DNA from: Azolla caroliniana
Taxonomy: Eukaryota; Plantae; Polypodiophyta
Direction of reading: 5' to 3'
Assembly: GCA_043228905.1 (NCBI GenBank)
Contig: JBHGNT010000020.1
Location: 1,550,001 to 1,614,000, forward strand
Length of the DNA: 64,000 nt
Below the pieces are notes generated by a model, which ran no database searches, had not been told where the DNA came from, and worked only from the letters and a program-made list of their open reading frames with translations. The position numbers and the translations under genes are program-made. Of the stretch, positions 1-10,870 are shown piece by piece (position 1 is the first letter of the stretch; each line of letters starts with the position of its first letter).

Positions 1-539
1 GACACAAGAGGGCATCAAATGGTATTTTTTCCCCTTTCCCGATCCTTATAATATGTGGGTATATAAGATATCATTGTTTAAGACATCATATCCAACCAAA
101 TGATGCAATTATATTTATCTCTAATTCAGTGACCGAAATGATTTTCTTGAATGGTGGTAGATGGCTTCCAAGTCTAAGTACCAAGATTGGTGGGATTTCG
201 ATAACGGTTACATATATCCAACTCAAGACAGGTATGTCACGAACCAATCTCCCCTAATACTGGTTTAGGGTTTGATGCATGTATGTTGACTCGTGATTTG
301 TTAAAGGGTCTTCGTTAGAAGACATTGGAGAAGTTCGTCAGCCGACATGTCTAAGGGTGGGGAGAGAATGGATCAGACACTAGTGGTTCATCTGCCTCAG
401 ATCGAGCCGATACATGCCATGGCAACATTTGACCAAGATGCTCCTCCAAATGGTACGTGGAATTGGTGTCGTTGCAATATGTCAATCTTAAATATGTAAC
501 ACATACAGAAGGAAGAAGGAACAGATCCTCATCTCCCAG

Positions 540-1390
540 ACTCGTTGTATATGGTTGGAAGAGATGCAAATGGGAACCAGGCCCATGTGTGTATCTATAC
601 TGAGTATTGCCGCCTCTCGCCAAGGTGGTATCGCAAAAAAAGTGACATGGAATCACATTTACGCAGAGAACATGGAATAGACATAGTCCTACCATGAGGG
701 ATGCGTATAGAGGAGGAGGAGGGTACTTCGAGGGCATGCTTTAATTGCTATGAGCGTCAAAGATCACTCAGAAGATTCATGGACCCTGAAATCAAGTACA
801 ATAGAAATCGGCAAACATATATCCGGAAGCTGAAGGTTAGGGTTGTTTCGAGGTACAACTCTATTCCCGTTGAACTCCGTCTTGACACAGAGGTAGAGTT
901 CGTGGTGCGATTTATGGACAACGAGATGGCCATATATGACTCCAAAAAGGATGAGTGTTTGGAGATGTTGACGAAGAAGATAAGATCTGGTTTGGATTCT
1001 TATGTAAGTACGAGCGAGGATTTCATTTGAGATATGTGTTGGAGGGTTTATTGGCAGAATTCAGATAATAACATGTGTCTTATTGTGGTGAGATAGTGTA
1101 AAAAGGCGGGGATATCCACCCAACCATAGGGTGTGTCCACGGATGTGAGTGAGGCTCTAAACCCATCTGAGGGTGGTGTGTCCACTCCACCGAGACGGAG
1201 ACGACAGAAGATGTCAGTCCGACGGAAGCAGGCGGTGAAGGGGCAAGCCATCCTTAGGAAGGTGGTTGAACGTGATTTTATGTTCATTTCGATCGTGCTT
1301 GACAGCCATTGGGTGTTTTGACGAAGATGCAACAGAAAGTTTCTAAGCTTACTAGCAAAGTAGTCTTTTGCGATCCATTAAACAACGCGG
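540..1390 (+). pseudogene. 5' part of a degraded Ulp1/peptidase C48-like gene with an upstream C2H2-like zinc finger (probably DNA-transposon-borne)
   Basis: Frame from ~540 reads HVCIYTEYC...SDMESHLRREHG (C2H2-like). ORF 1133-1321 ends DFMFISIVLDSHWVF (Ulp1 His motif). After a 1-nt frameshift it reads LTKMQQKVSKLTSKVVFCDPLNNA (Asp motif) up to the LTR at 1391. Confidence 0.55.
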
Positions 1391-2045
1391 TGTCGTAGAG
1401 AAAATCGTCCCTAGGCGGAAACTGGGTATAACATGCGAAAACCGACCCTTACACGTGGGCACAAGTTTTGTTGTATAGTACGTAGCTAGGTACAAGTCGC
1501 CTGAGGCGAAATCCTAGGTAGTACACATTCGGTAGGGAGGAAATCGAGGCGTATCCCTGTCCGAAAGGACAAGGAATAAACATGATGTAATGAGTGGAAG
1601 CAACCTCCCTCATTGGGTTATAAAGGAGAGGGAGAAGTGAGAAGAAGGGGGGATAACGGTTTTTGGGAGCGAGGAGGAAGTGTTGTCAGACTGGGGACCA
1701 AGCCCTCTCCTCCATCGTGCGTTGTTCTCTGCAGGATTTTGGACTGAGTTGCCTCTGCTTCGTGGACAGCCCGTGTGCTTCCGGCAGAGGCTCCACAATG
1801 CAGTCAGGTTGTGTGCCTGCGTGAGCATCGTGTGTGTGTGTCCACATGAGTTGGGTCCATCGTCGGCTTGCCGGTTGTAATCGTTGTTGATTGTAATTAA
1901 GACTTTGTTCTCCGTCTCTTTCCTCCTTTGTGTTTCTGCAAGCTACTCTCTCTCTCTCTCTCTCTCCCCTCTTTCTCATGCCCCTTGGTTCGAGGCCCCC
2001 GCGGTCTCGCCTCTTTCCGAACGCAAAGAGTGTAACAACACGACA
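1391..2045 (+). repeat. 5' LTR of outer element
   Basis: Direct repeat of 17191-17848 with TG...CA ends and TATAAA near 1619; 8 mismatches counted in the first 120 nt versus the 3' LTR. Confidence 0.95.
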
Positions 2046-2049
2046 TATT

Positions 2050-2067
2050 TGGTGAACCCGACGTGAA
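2050..2067 (+). promoter_or_regulatory. Primer binding site complementary to tRNA-Trp 3' end
   Basis: TGGTGAACCCGACGTGAA is the reverse complement of plant tRNA-Trp(CCA) ...TTCACGTCGGGTTCACCA (recalled sequence); 4 nt after the LTR. Confidence 0.85.
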
Positions 2068-2089
2068 ACATGCAACAAAGGAGTGAAGG

Positions 2090-5000
2090 ATGAGGGGATC
2101 CGAGCTTGCTGAAGCTATGGCCGTAGCCATCGACCGGCTAGTGAGCGCTCGTGAGGGAACGGGTGCCCTCGACAGGGCCATTGAGTCGATCGTCGGCACC
2201 ATAGGTCGATTCGGTGGGAAGAATGCCATGAGCTATTTAGAGGACTACCGAGCCGAAATGATCATGAGGGATATCTCGGTGGACAGGCGGTTGTCCGGAT
2301 TCCCTCGGGTGGTGACACTGAGCATCCACGCAGAGGTGCTGGCCGGATGCCAAACTTGGGAGGAGTTTGAGCTGTGGCTCCTCGAGATGTATGGGTTCGA
2401 TGACTCGCTTCGGCTGTCGAAGTGAGACTTCATGGCGTGGGTTGAGAGCCCAAGGAAGGGGAGAAACGCATCGACGCTCCTCCAGGAGTTCGAGAAACGG
2501 TTTGCACGACTGTCAACGCTAGACCGGACCGTGCTCGACACAAGTCGGGTACTACTGTTTGTCAAGGCGGCGGACGCCATGGACCGGGAGAAGGTGGGTC
2601 TCCTGTTGGAAATGGACGAAGGGCTCACGGCAGACTAGGCCATGGTAAGTAGGGTCTGCGGTCGTTTCGACAAGTGGCGCGAGTGGAGCGATGAGGGCTC
2701 GTCGGGAGCAAGGCCGGTCCCGACCTGGGAGCTCGAGGAGCCAGTCTCGGTACCGACTAGGAAGGAAAATACTCGGAGTTGGCTTGAGACGGGCTCAGCC
2801 CCGAGCGGAGTGGTCAAAGGTCCCTCCAGATGCGCGACTCTGGAAGAGTTGTCGCAGATGGTGCGAGATCTCCAAATCGCATAGGCCCGGAGGGACAACG
2901 GCGAACAGTCTCGTGACCAAAGGCCGCCGGCGAGGCAGCGATGCATGTGGTGCGACGCGGTCGGCCACATACGGAAAGAATGCACGGATTTTGCAGAGGC
3001 ACTCAGGACCAACGTGGTTTACCTTTGGAACGGGCGGGTGCAAGCGAGCGAGACCCGGGAAGCCCTACAGTTGAATTTGGGGCGCGGCGGAATGAAGCGG
3101 TTGATGGAAGAGGCCGGGCACGACATGCAGAGGCCATTAACTACTCGGCATCGGTGGGAATCCGGGTCGGGGATGATGAGGCCTGGAAAGCGAAGGACTC
3201 CGGATTCTGGCCGCTGGTGCTAGAGGGTCTCCCTAGAGTACAGTTGAAGAAGGAAGAGGTAGACCGCGCTGAACAACGGATCTGGGAAGTCACCGGATGG
3301 GAGGATCCGGTGGAAGAGAAGACTGGCTTCGTGGCAGCCGCATGCCAGAACTACGAGGTTTTGGTAGAAGACAAATGTGCGGGAAAGGCCGGAGGGGCAG
3401 GCCCCTCGTAGCGGTACGAGACCCGATTCGGGCCGAAGCCGAATGAGACCATCAACGCCGGCACACCGGAGAAGAAGAAGCAGGTCGATTTCCGGCTGAG
3501 CACCGAAATTGAACGAACGATGATCTTGCGGAAGGTCGCGTAAGAGAGAATTCTCGACAACAAGGTCGACCTGTTGTTACGGGAGGTGCTAGGAATCGCC
3601 AAGAAGGAGTTCCATGACTCCATCGTGGACTTGGTGAAGCGGAAGAGGCTCTCGACGGAACCAGAACCCGGAGAGGCCGGTGGAAGTGAGGACGACGCAC
3701 TTAGAAGACACGGCCCTAGAGGATGAGTTGGCGGAAAGCCACTACGCGAAGCCGCATTGGGCTAGGGCCACTACGGAAACCACTGTTCGGATCGGTGACA
3801 TCTAGGAGCCGGTGGTGGCATTCGTAGACCACGGTTCGGAGATCAACCTGATGTCCATAGACTTCTATAAAAGGGGGAAATGGTTGATCAACACCAAGCA
3901 CAGGTGGAAGATACGCGCGGCGACGTGCGATACAGAGGAGCTACATGGTGTGTGCCCGAACGTGCGCAAGATCAGCGACGTCGAGATAGATCAACATTTC
4001 TTCGTGTAGGAGACTTCCTCGCACCCGGTAATTCTCGACGAACCATACATTACGGCAACGCACATGGAGACGAAAGTACTGGACAATGGTTCGGCATATG
4101 CGCGCGTCAAGAGCCAAGACGGTCGGCATTCCGTCCAATTCATGATAGTGCGACCCAACCATGAGCGAAACCGCGAGACCCTGGGCGGCAACAGCCAAGG
4201 GGATTTTTAGAGAGGGCTATCAAAGCATGGGGCCACGATAGTCCGGACATCATGGGAAAACCCCACAGATGTACTATAGGCATAAACACCTATACTATAA
4301 GTAGGAAATTTTGGTTCTCCGATAGCTGAGGTTGTACGATAGCCGGCGTAGTTGGCCGGGAAAAGAAGCGGGCGGAGGAGCGACTTCGAGCATGCGGAGT
4401 CCTCGGCCCTAAAGAGGAAATCAATGGAGCCGTGGAGGCGGTCTCTTTCGATGACACCTTGGGGAAGTTACGGGAGGTGTTCGGAGAAGGCCTTAATGAG
4501 GATCAGATGATTCCAGTATGTTCGAAAAAGATGTACGAAGTCATTGCCGACTTCGGTAGTGGGCTCGAGACGGATCGGACGACCCGAGTGGAGACGAACT
4601 ACAAGATTGTGGACCGGAAGGTGAGGCTAGTCGCGGCACCCTTGGCGGAGGGCAACGAGTTACGGATAAAGGGGGTTGCGTCGGATCCAAGTTTACGAGA
4701 TCCAACCAACATAGGACACACGTTCACCGACGTAACGCTACGAGAGCTCAAGATCGGTGGGGGTGGCTTTCTACTGCCGGCGAAAGAGGACCGGTTTCGG
4801 AGAATGCTCGGGAGGCACGGGAAGGCTTTCGCATTCTCACCAGAGGAGATCGGGTACATAGACCCGAAGGTTGTGGAACCAATGGTGATCTTCACGGTAC
4901 CGCATGTTTCCTGGAGTCTCAAACCGATTTCGGTACCCAGAGCTCACATCCCGAAGCTGATGGAGCTACTGAAACAGAAGGTGGAGATGGGCATCCTTGA

Positions 5001-6044
5001 ACCGGCGAGTCTCAAACCGATTCCGGTGTCTCAAACCGATTTCGGTACCCAGAGCTCACATCCCGAAGCTGATGGAGCTACTGAAACAGAAGGTGGAGAT
5101 GGGCATCCTTGAACCGGCGAGTGCCCCATACTCGAATCGGTGGTTTACCGTGCTGAAGAAGAACGGCACACTGCGCTTCATACAGGACCTACAACCGGTC
5201 AACAAGGTGACCATTCGAAATGCAGGTATCAGACCAACCATCGATGAGTTCGCGGAGGCTTTCGTAGGGCGGTTGATCTACTCGCTCGGGGACCTATACT
5301 CAGGCTACAATCAGTTCCAGCTAGCCGTAGAGAGCAGGGATGTCACGACGATGCGAACTCCTCTCGGCCTAGTTCGGATGTGTACCCTGCCGCAAGGAGG
5401 AACGAACTCGGTGGCACACATGGTGAATGCGATGAACAAGGTGTTGAGGGACTGCATCTCGGACATCACCATGTCGTTTCTGGATGACATCCCAATCAAA
5501 GGATGTCCGGTGGAGGACATGGACGAGTCGGTTGGGCCCAACGGTTGCCGGAGGTTCGTGACGGATCACATCCGTGACTGCGAGAGGGTGCTACAAAGAC
5601 TCGAGAGCGCACGACTCACCTTCCCCAGAGAAAAATCAGCATTCGGACAGCCGGAGATCCTGGTAGTCGGACACCTGTGCAGGCCCTATGGGTGAAAACC
5701 GTCCCCGGCAAAGGTAGAAGCCATCTCCGTGATGAAGGACGATTACGGGCCGGTTACGGAGGTTCGCAGATTCTTGGATGCGTGCACGTTCTACCACATC
5801 TGGATTCCGCACTACGTGCATGTCGCGGAACCGCTCTACGGGCTTTTGAAGAAAGGGCGTAGGTTCGAGTGGAGGACGGAGCACACGGAGTCGGTCCGGA
5901 GGCTAAAGGAGGCGCTTGCTGCGGCACCGGCTCTCCGGAAAGCGGTTTACAGCAAGGAAGTCCCCATCTACGTGACGGTGGACACGAGCCCGACCGGGAT
6001 CGGGTGGGTGATCAGTCAGGAGGACAAGGACGACGTACGGTTCC
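2090..6044 (+). pseudogene. Outer element gag-protease-RT-RNase H (5' part), pseudogenised
   Basis: ORF pieces 2090, 2432, 2642 and 2945 share one frame broken by stops. Motifs: CCHC knuckle CMWCDAVGHIRKEC; protease VAFVDHGSEINLM; RT LYSGYNQ, LPQG and FLDDIPIKG; RH VTVDTSPTGIGW. Confidence 0.9.
4916..5122 (+). repeat. Tandem duplication of 95 bp (plus a short partial copy) inside outer pol, causing a frameshift
   Basis: GTCTCAAACCGATTTCGG...CCGGCGAGT at 4916-5010 and 5028-5122; net 112-bp insertion. Confidence 0.9.
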
Positions 6045-6464
6045 TGTTACCGGCCGGCAAGGAGTCCAAAATACGGAGTGAAGGAATTAATTAGATATGG
6101 TTGTAAATGAGCATAGTGTGGACGGACGGACTGGAAACGGTATGCCGTTCCAGATCCGGACGGATCCCGAATAGGTGCGAGGGGCACCGTTTTGTACTAC
6201 GGGCCGGAAACCTATTTAAAGGCCCGGACCCTATTGTAATGACAGCGGATAATTAATAGAGATTATGATGTTTATACTTCTGTCTTGATTTCCGTTCTGT
6301 AATCACTGTTATATCTTACGCGTGTAATTAACCAAAGCAATCTAATCGTGTAACCTACGTAAGTCGGTGTAATCGTTGAATCTTAATCCTATGCCGTAAT
6401 CACCCTTTGGTGAAGTGTCTCCGTGACACCTTGTGTTAGGCCTTGTCCGGCTAAACGAATAACA
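6045..6464 (+). repeat. 5' LTR of inner element
   Basis: TGTTACC...AATAACA; matches 14937-15356 by eye. Confidence 0.97.
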
Positions 6465-6470
6465 CAGTTT

Positions 6471-6480
6471 TGGCGACCAC
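6471..6480 (+). promoter_or_regulatory. Short primer binding site, probably tRNA-Arg
   Basis: TGGCGACCAC is complementary to the ...GTGGTCGCCA end of plant tRNA-Arg(UCG) (recalled sequence); only 10 nt match, 6 nt from the LTR. Confidence 0.6.
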
Positions 6481-6515
6481 GATTCCTGCTTTCTCGCAGC
6501 GAACGACGGTAATGG

Positions 6516-7805
6516 ATGACTAGACCAACGCACGACTTGGTTACAGACCGAGCTCGACGCATCGCCGAACGGCAAAGACGGCGTGAGACTTTCCAGCAAG
6601 CAGCGCAGGAAATTCGCTCGGATCGTTCGTTCTCCAACGAGATCCGGAGAGTCGCGGAGGAATCTCTCCGGTTACGGCAAACTCGCGACCAGGACGACGG
6701 AAGCAGTCTAAGTAGTCTCCGGGAAACCGAACGACTCCTGAAGGCGCTGGCAAGCGGAGAAAACGAGGCAGAAGCCTTTTCAGCCTACGAATCGGATTCC
6801 GAAGGGGGATACAGCGTGCACACGAACTACCGGAGCAGCAACGATACCCCCGGCGGCCCGGAAGACGACGGGTCGGATACCGTGCCGACTCCAGAACCGG
6901 AACCGCTCAACCAGGGCTATCCGGAACCGGAAGTGGAAGACGCAAAGCCACCAACACCAACGAACTTCCCGGCAAAGGTACCGGAAGAAGAGCCGGAAAA
7001 AGGACCGGCAAAAGAACCGGAAGTGGAACCGGAGAAAGAACCGGAAAAAGATCAACAAACGCCACTAAACCGCGGCCTAATACTGGACGACGACATGCCG
7101 TTCCAATACTCAAAGTATCGCGATGATCCGGACGCGGAAGCGCATGTTGATGACTTCGAGCAGACATGGGAAGCAAATCACACGTCCCAGCGAATGACAC
7201 CGGAGGAAGAAGAACGCTCGAAGATAGCGGAATTCGGAGTCACGTTGGAGGGACCGGCGACACGATGGCGGCGGTCGCAGGACCCGGCGACCATCACAAC
7301 ATTTGCGGAATTAAAAGCAAAATTCTTGCATTTTTTCCACAAGGAAGTCGACCAGACGACTATGGTGGGCCTGTTTTATACGATCCGACAGGAGGCAGGG
7401 GAAAGCATTCCCCAATTCGTCATCCGTTTCCAACGAATGCATAGCCAGCTTGCCCGTGCACCCCCGGAGGAGGAATTACGGACGATATTTTTAAACGCAC
7501 TCCGGGAACCGTTACGCACGGTGTGTACGGTAATCGACTTTCGAGGATGCACCATCGACCAGGTCATTGACCGGGTCAGAGAAATGGAAAAGACAAGCTC
7601 ATGGCTTACGCTGGGAACACTGCAACGGGCGTTACCCACCGAGGAAGATCTCCGGTTCGGGCAGGCAATTCAATGCACAATCTGCTTGAATGCCGGACAC
7701 TCGGCAGTAGAGTGCACCATGCGCACTCAGTGTGTGATTTGTCAATCCAAGAGTCATACAACGGACCGGTGCGAGTACAACCTGGCCTTCGGAAAGCGGC
7801 GATGA
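6516..7805 (+). CDS. gag: Gag (retrotrans_gag capsid domain + two CCHC zinc knuckles), 429 aa
   Basis: LEGPATRW...FAELKAKFL...IRQEAGESIPQFVIRF core; knuckles CTICLNAGHSAVEC and CVICQSKSHTTDRC at 7674-7772. Confidence 0.93.
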   Translation: MTRPTHDLVTDRARRIAERQRRRETFQQAAQEIRSDRSFSNEIRRVAEESLRLRQTRDQDDGSSLSSLRETERLLKALASGENEAEAFSAYESDSEGGYSVHTNYRSSNDTPGGPEDDGSDTVPTPEPEPLNQGYPEPEVEDAKPPTPTNFPAKVPEEEPEKGPAKEPEVEPEKEPEKDQQTPLNRGLILDDDMPFQYSKYRDDPDAEAHVDDFEQTWEANHTSQRMTPEEEERSKIAEFGVTLEGPATRWRRSQDPATITTFAELKAKFLHFFHKEVDQTTMVGLFYTIRQEAGESIPQFVIRFQRMHSQLARAPPEEELRTIFLNALREPLRTVCTVIDFRGCTIDQVIDRVREMEKTSSWLTLGTLQRALPTEEDLRFGQAIQCTICLNAGHSAVECTMRTQCVICQSKSHTTDRCEYNLAFGKRR

Positions 7806-10699
7806 TCAAACTTCTCACGGAGTTTCGCGACGTATTCGCCTGGTCATACGAAGACATGCGAGGGCTGGACCCTCAGTTATATCAGCATCAGATCCACTTA
7901 GGCAAGGACGCGAAACCAGTGGCGCAACGACGTTACCGAATGAACCCCAACTACGCCGCCAAAGTGAAGGAGGAAATCGACAAACTCCTAAGAGTGGGCT
8001 TCATCCGGCCGGTAAAGAAAGCGACGTGGCTGAGCCCCATCGTCGTCGTCCCAAAGAAGAACGGTAAAATCCGTGTGTGTGTAGATTACAGGAAACTAAA
8101 TGCCGCCACAATTACGGATGCATTCCCTCTTCCGTTCACGGATGGAGTACTGGATGCCGTCGCCGGCCATGAAGTTTATAGCTTTTTAGACGGGTTCAGC
8201 GGGTACAATCAAATCCGGATGCACCCGGACGACCAGGAAAAGACAGCGTTCGTCACCGAATGGGGGGTGTTTGTGGCCGAAGTCATGATGTTCGGCCTAA
8301 AAACGGCACCAGCAACGTTCCAGCGAATCATCATGGAGATCTTCGGCGAATACATTCCTGCCTTCATGCAAGTTTTCCTGGATGATTTTGCAGTTTATAG
8401 CCGGGGAAAAGACCATTTGCAGCACCTACGGTTATGCCTTGAAAAGTGTAGGTTATACCGGCTAAGCTTAAACCCAGCAAAATGCATCTTTGGGGTTTCA
8501 AGTGGAATATTGCTGGGACACATTGTAAGTAAGGAGGGCATTGCGGTCGACCCGGACAAAGTAAACGCCATACTAGGGGCACCGGCGCCGAAAACGGCCA
8601 AAGCACTAAGCCGATTCTTAGGACAGATCCGGTGGCACAGCCGGATGCTCCGTCACTTGGCGGACTTGGCGACACCATTACACACCGCGGTACATCGGAC
8701 ACCGTTCCAATGGACGGATACGGAGGATAAGGCATACAATGCCCTGAAGGTACTTTTATCGCAAGCACCTGTCGTGCAGCCTCCGGATTGGAGCAAGGAA
8801 TTTCACGTGTTCGTGGACGCGTCCGACATCGCTATTGGCAGCGCCTTAATGCAACTTACGGAGCCTAAATGGTACCGGCCGGTATATTACGCCAGCCGGA
8901 AGCTGTCCCAAGCGGAGAAGAACTATTCAACGACGGAACGGGAGGCCCTGGGCATGATCTACAGTGTAACAAAGTTTCGTCACTACCTATTGGGAAGGAA
9001 GTTCTCCTTCCATGTGGATCACTCGGCGCTCCTCTACTTAGTTTCCAAGGCGTCCCTGACCGGTAAGTTGGCCCGTTGGACCTTACTGTTGCAGGAGTTC
9101 GAATTCGAGATTTTCCACCGGCCCGGTATCCAGCATGCCGTAGCAGACTACCTGAGCCGGTTAGAGTCCGGAGAACCAGGCGACGGAGTAGCGGATGAAT
9201 TCCCGGACGCGGAGTTATTCCGTATCACCCCGGAAACGGCAGCGGACGACACGGTGGCATCAGAAGATAAATGGCTGACAAACATGCACCAGTTCCTAAG
9301 CACGGGCCTGCCACCGGAGGAAATGAACCGGGACGAGAGGAAACGACTGGCGGTGCAGAGCCGCAATTTCTGTCTGTTACGGGACACTCTCTACCACAAA
9401 GGAGCAGATGGAATATGGAGACGGGCAGTCCGTAGTGACGAGAAGGAAGTAATCTTACGGGAAGCACACTGTGGGGTTGCCGGAGGACACTATGCCGGAG
9501 AAGCGACGGCGAGGAAAGTATGGCAGAGCGGCTTATGGTGGCCCACGACGTTAAAAGACGCCGTCAAGTATGCCAAGGAATGTGACCTATGCCAACGAAT
9601 GGGCCAGCCTACGGAGCAAGCACGGATGCCACACCAACCGGTACTTCCACTAGAGCCATTCCAGAAGTGGGGGTTGGATTTTGTCGGACCGTTCAAGCCA
9701 CCGGCAATGAGAACGGGTAATCGTTATGTCATCGTGGCAACGGATTATTGCACGAAATGGGTGGAAGCTAAGGCCCTGAGAGACAACACCGCGTCATCCA
9801 CAGCAAAATTCCTGTACGAGAACATTTGGTGCCGATATGGATGTCCGATTGAATTGATCAGCGACCAAGGAGGCCACTTCCTCGGCCAGGTAGTGGAAAG
9901 CTTAACAACGTTCTATGCCGTGGTCCATAAAAGAAGCACACCGTACTACCCACAGGCGAACGGGTTAGCGGAATCCACCAACAAAACGCTGCAGAACATT
10001 CTCCGCAAAATCGTCAACGAAAACCGGACGGACTGGGATACAAAGCTCCATAGCGCGCTATGGGCGTACAGAACGGCATACAAAACGAGTATCCGGACAA
10101 CGCCGTTCCGGTTAGCATTCGGCTTAGAAGCGGTCATGCCGGTCGAGTTTCAGGTACCAAGCTTACGGATCCAACTACGGGAACGGCTGAATGAAAAGAA
10201 GTCGGAGGAAATACGGCTAGCAGCACTATGCGAACTGGAGGAGCAACGGCTGGCCAGCATCCTCCACATGGAACTGGAGCAACGACGACGGAAAGCGTTC
10301 GTTGACCGTCATCGGAAAGGTAACGAAAAGATGTTCGAAATCGGAAAGCCGGTTCTAGTATTCCAAACGAGGATGGGCAAAATGCCGGGTAAACTCCGGT
10401 TCAGATGGACAGGCCCGTATTGGCTGACACGGGAATACAACGGGTCCTATCAGATAGGGACACTTGCCGGTGAAGTACTCGGCAAGTGGGTAAACGGATT
10501 TCGACTAAAACCCTATAAAGGACCGATGCCAAAGAACCCGTTTATGCAGCTCACCGGCACTACACCAGGAACCTGTCCGGGATCGGTACGGATCGATCCG
10601 GAAGAAAAAGACGACGGGGAACCCGTAGCAGAGACAAAGGAAGACACGGCAACCCGTAAGGAAAACGGTAAGGGTCCGAAGGGACCTACGGATGTGTAA
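7802..10699 (+). CDS. pol: Pol lacking protease: RT - RNase H - integrase
   Basis: The frame is open from 7601, but homology begins at (LRKAA)MIKLLTEFRDVFAWS (ATG 7802). RT: LDGFSGYNQI, FLDD. RH: FVDASD...EREAL...VDHSAL. INT: HHCC, WGLDFVGP, ISDQG, NGLAE, WTGPY. No chromodomain, no extra RNase H. Confidence 0.95.
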   Translation: MIKLLTEFRDVFAWSYEDMRGLDPQLYQHQIHLGKDAKPVAQRRYRMNPNYAAKVKEEIDKLLRVGFIRPVKKATWLSPIVVVPKKNGKIRVCVDYRKLNAATITDAFPLPFTDGVLDAVAGHEVYSFLDGFSGYNQIRMHPDDQEKTAFVTEWGVFVAEVMMFGLKTAPATFQRIIMEIFGEYIPAFMQVFLDDFAVYSRGKDHLQHLRLCLEKCRLYRLSLNPAKCIFGVSSGILLGHIVSKEGIAVDPDKVNAILGAPAPKTAKALSRFLGQIRWHSRMLRHLADLATPLHTAVHRTPFQWTDTEDKAYNALKVLLSQAPVVQPPDWSKEFHVFVDASDIAIGSALMQLTEPKWYRPVYYASRKLSQAEKNYSTTEREALGMIYSVTKFRHYLLGRKFSFHVDHSALLYLVSKASLTGKLARWTLLLQEFEFEIFHRPGIQHAVADYLSRLESGEPGDGVADEFPDAELFRITPETAADDTVASEDKWLTNMHQFLSTGLPPEEMNRDERKRLAVQSRNFCLLRDTLYHKGADGIWRRAVRSDEKEVILREAHCGVAGGHYAGEATARKVWQSGLWWPTTLKDAVKYAKECDLCQRMGQPTEQARMPHQPVLPLEPFQKWGLDFVGPFKPPAMRTGNRYVIVATDYCTKWVEAKALRDNTASSTAKFLYENIWCRYGCPIELISDQGGHFLGQVVESLTTFYAVVHKRSTPYYPQANGLAESTNKTLQNILRKIVNENRTDWDTKLHSALWAYRTAYKTSIRTTPFRLAFGLEAVMPVEFQVPSLRIQLRERLNEKKSEEIRLAALCELEEQRLASILHMELEQRRRKAFVDRHRKGNEKMFEIGKPVLVFQTRMGKMPGKLRFRWTGPYWLTREYNGSYQIGTLAGEVLGKWVNGFRLKPYKGPMPKNPFMQLTGTTPGTCPGSVRIDPEEKDDGEPVAETKEDTATRKENGKGPKGPTDV

Positions 10700-10724
10700 G
10701 GTCACACACCGTCATTAAAGATTG

Positions 10725-10759
<35 letters not shown>
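10725..10759 (+). repeat. Poly(A)35 tract between pol and ORF3
   Basis: 35 consecutive A, counted from the sequence. Confidence 0.95.
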
Positions 10760-10763
<4 letters not shown>

Positions 10764-10870
10764 TAAAAATCGAGGTGTGAACGGGTGTAAAAGCAAGGCG
10801 CGAAAAGGTACGTAGTGGGCATTTAAGAGACGCCACGCTACTTAATACTAAATTGGTACACGACGTGTGC

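Noticed and set aside
7601-7801. Pol N-terminal extension from ATG 7601 in the ORF track
   Set aside because: It overlaps the gag zinc knuckles in another frame and shows no protease or RT similarity; homology starts at ~7790-7802.
10665-10705. Similarity between the sequences around the pol stop and the ORF3 stop (AAGGG.CCGA..AGGG...AAGGT)
   Set aside because: Too short and gapped to distinguish from chance without alignment statistics.
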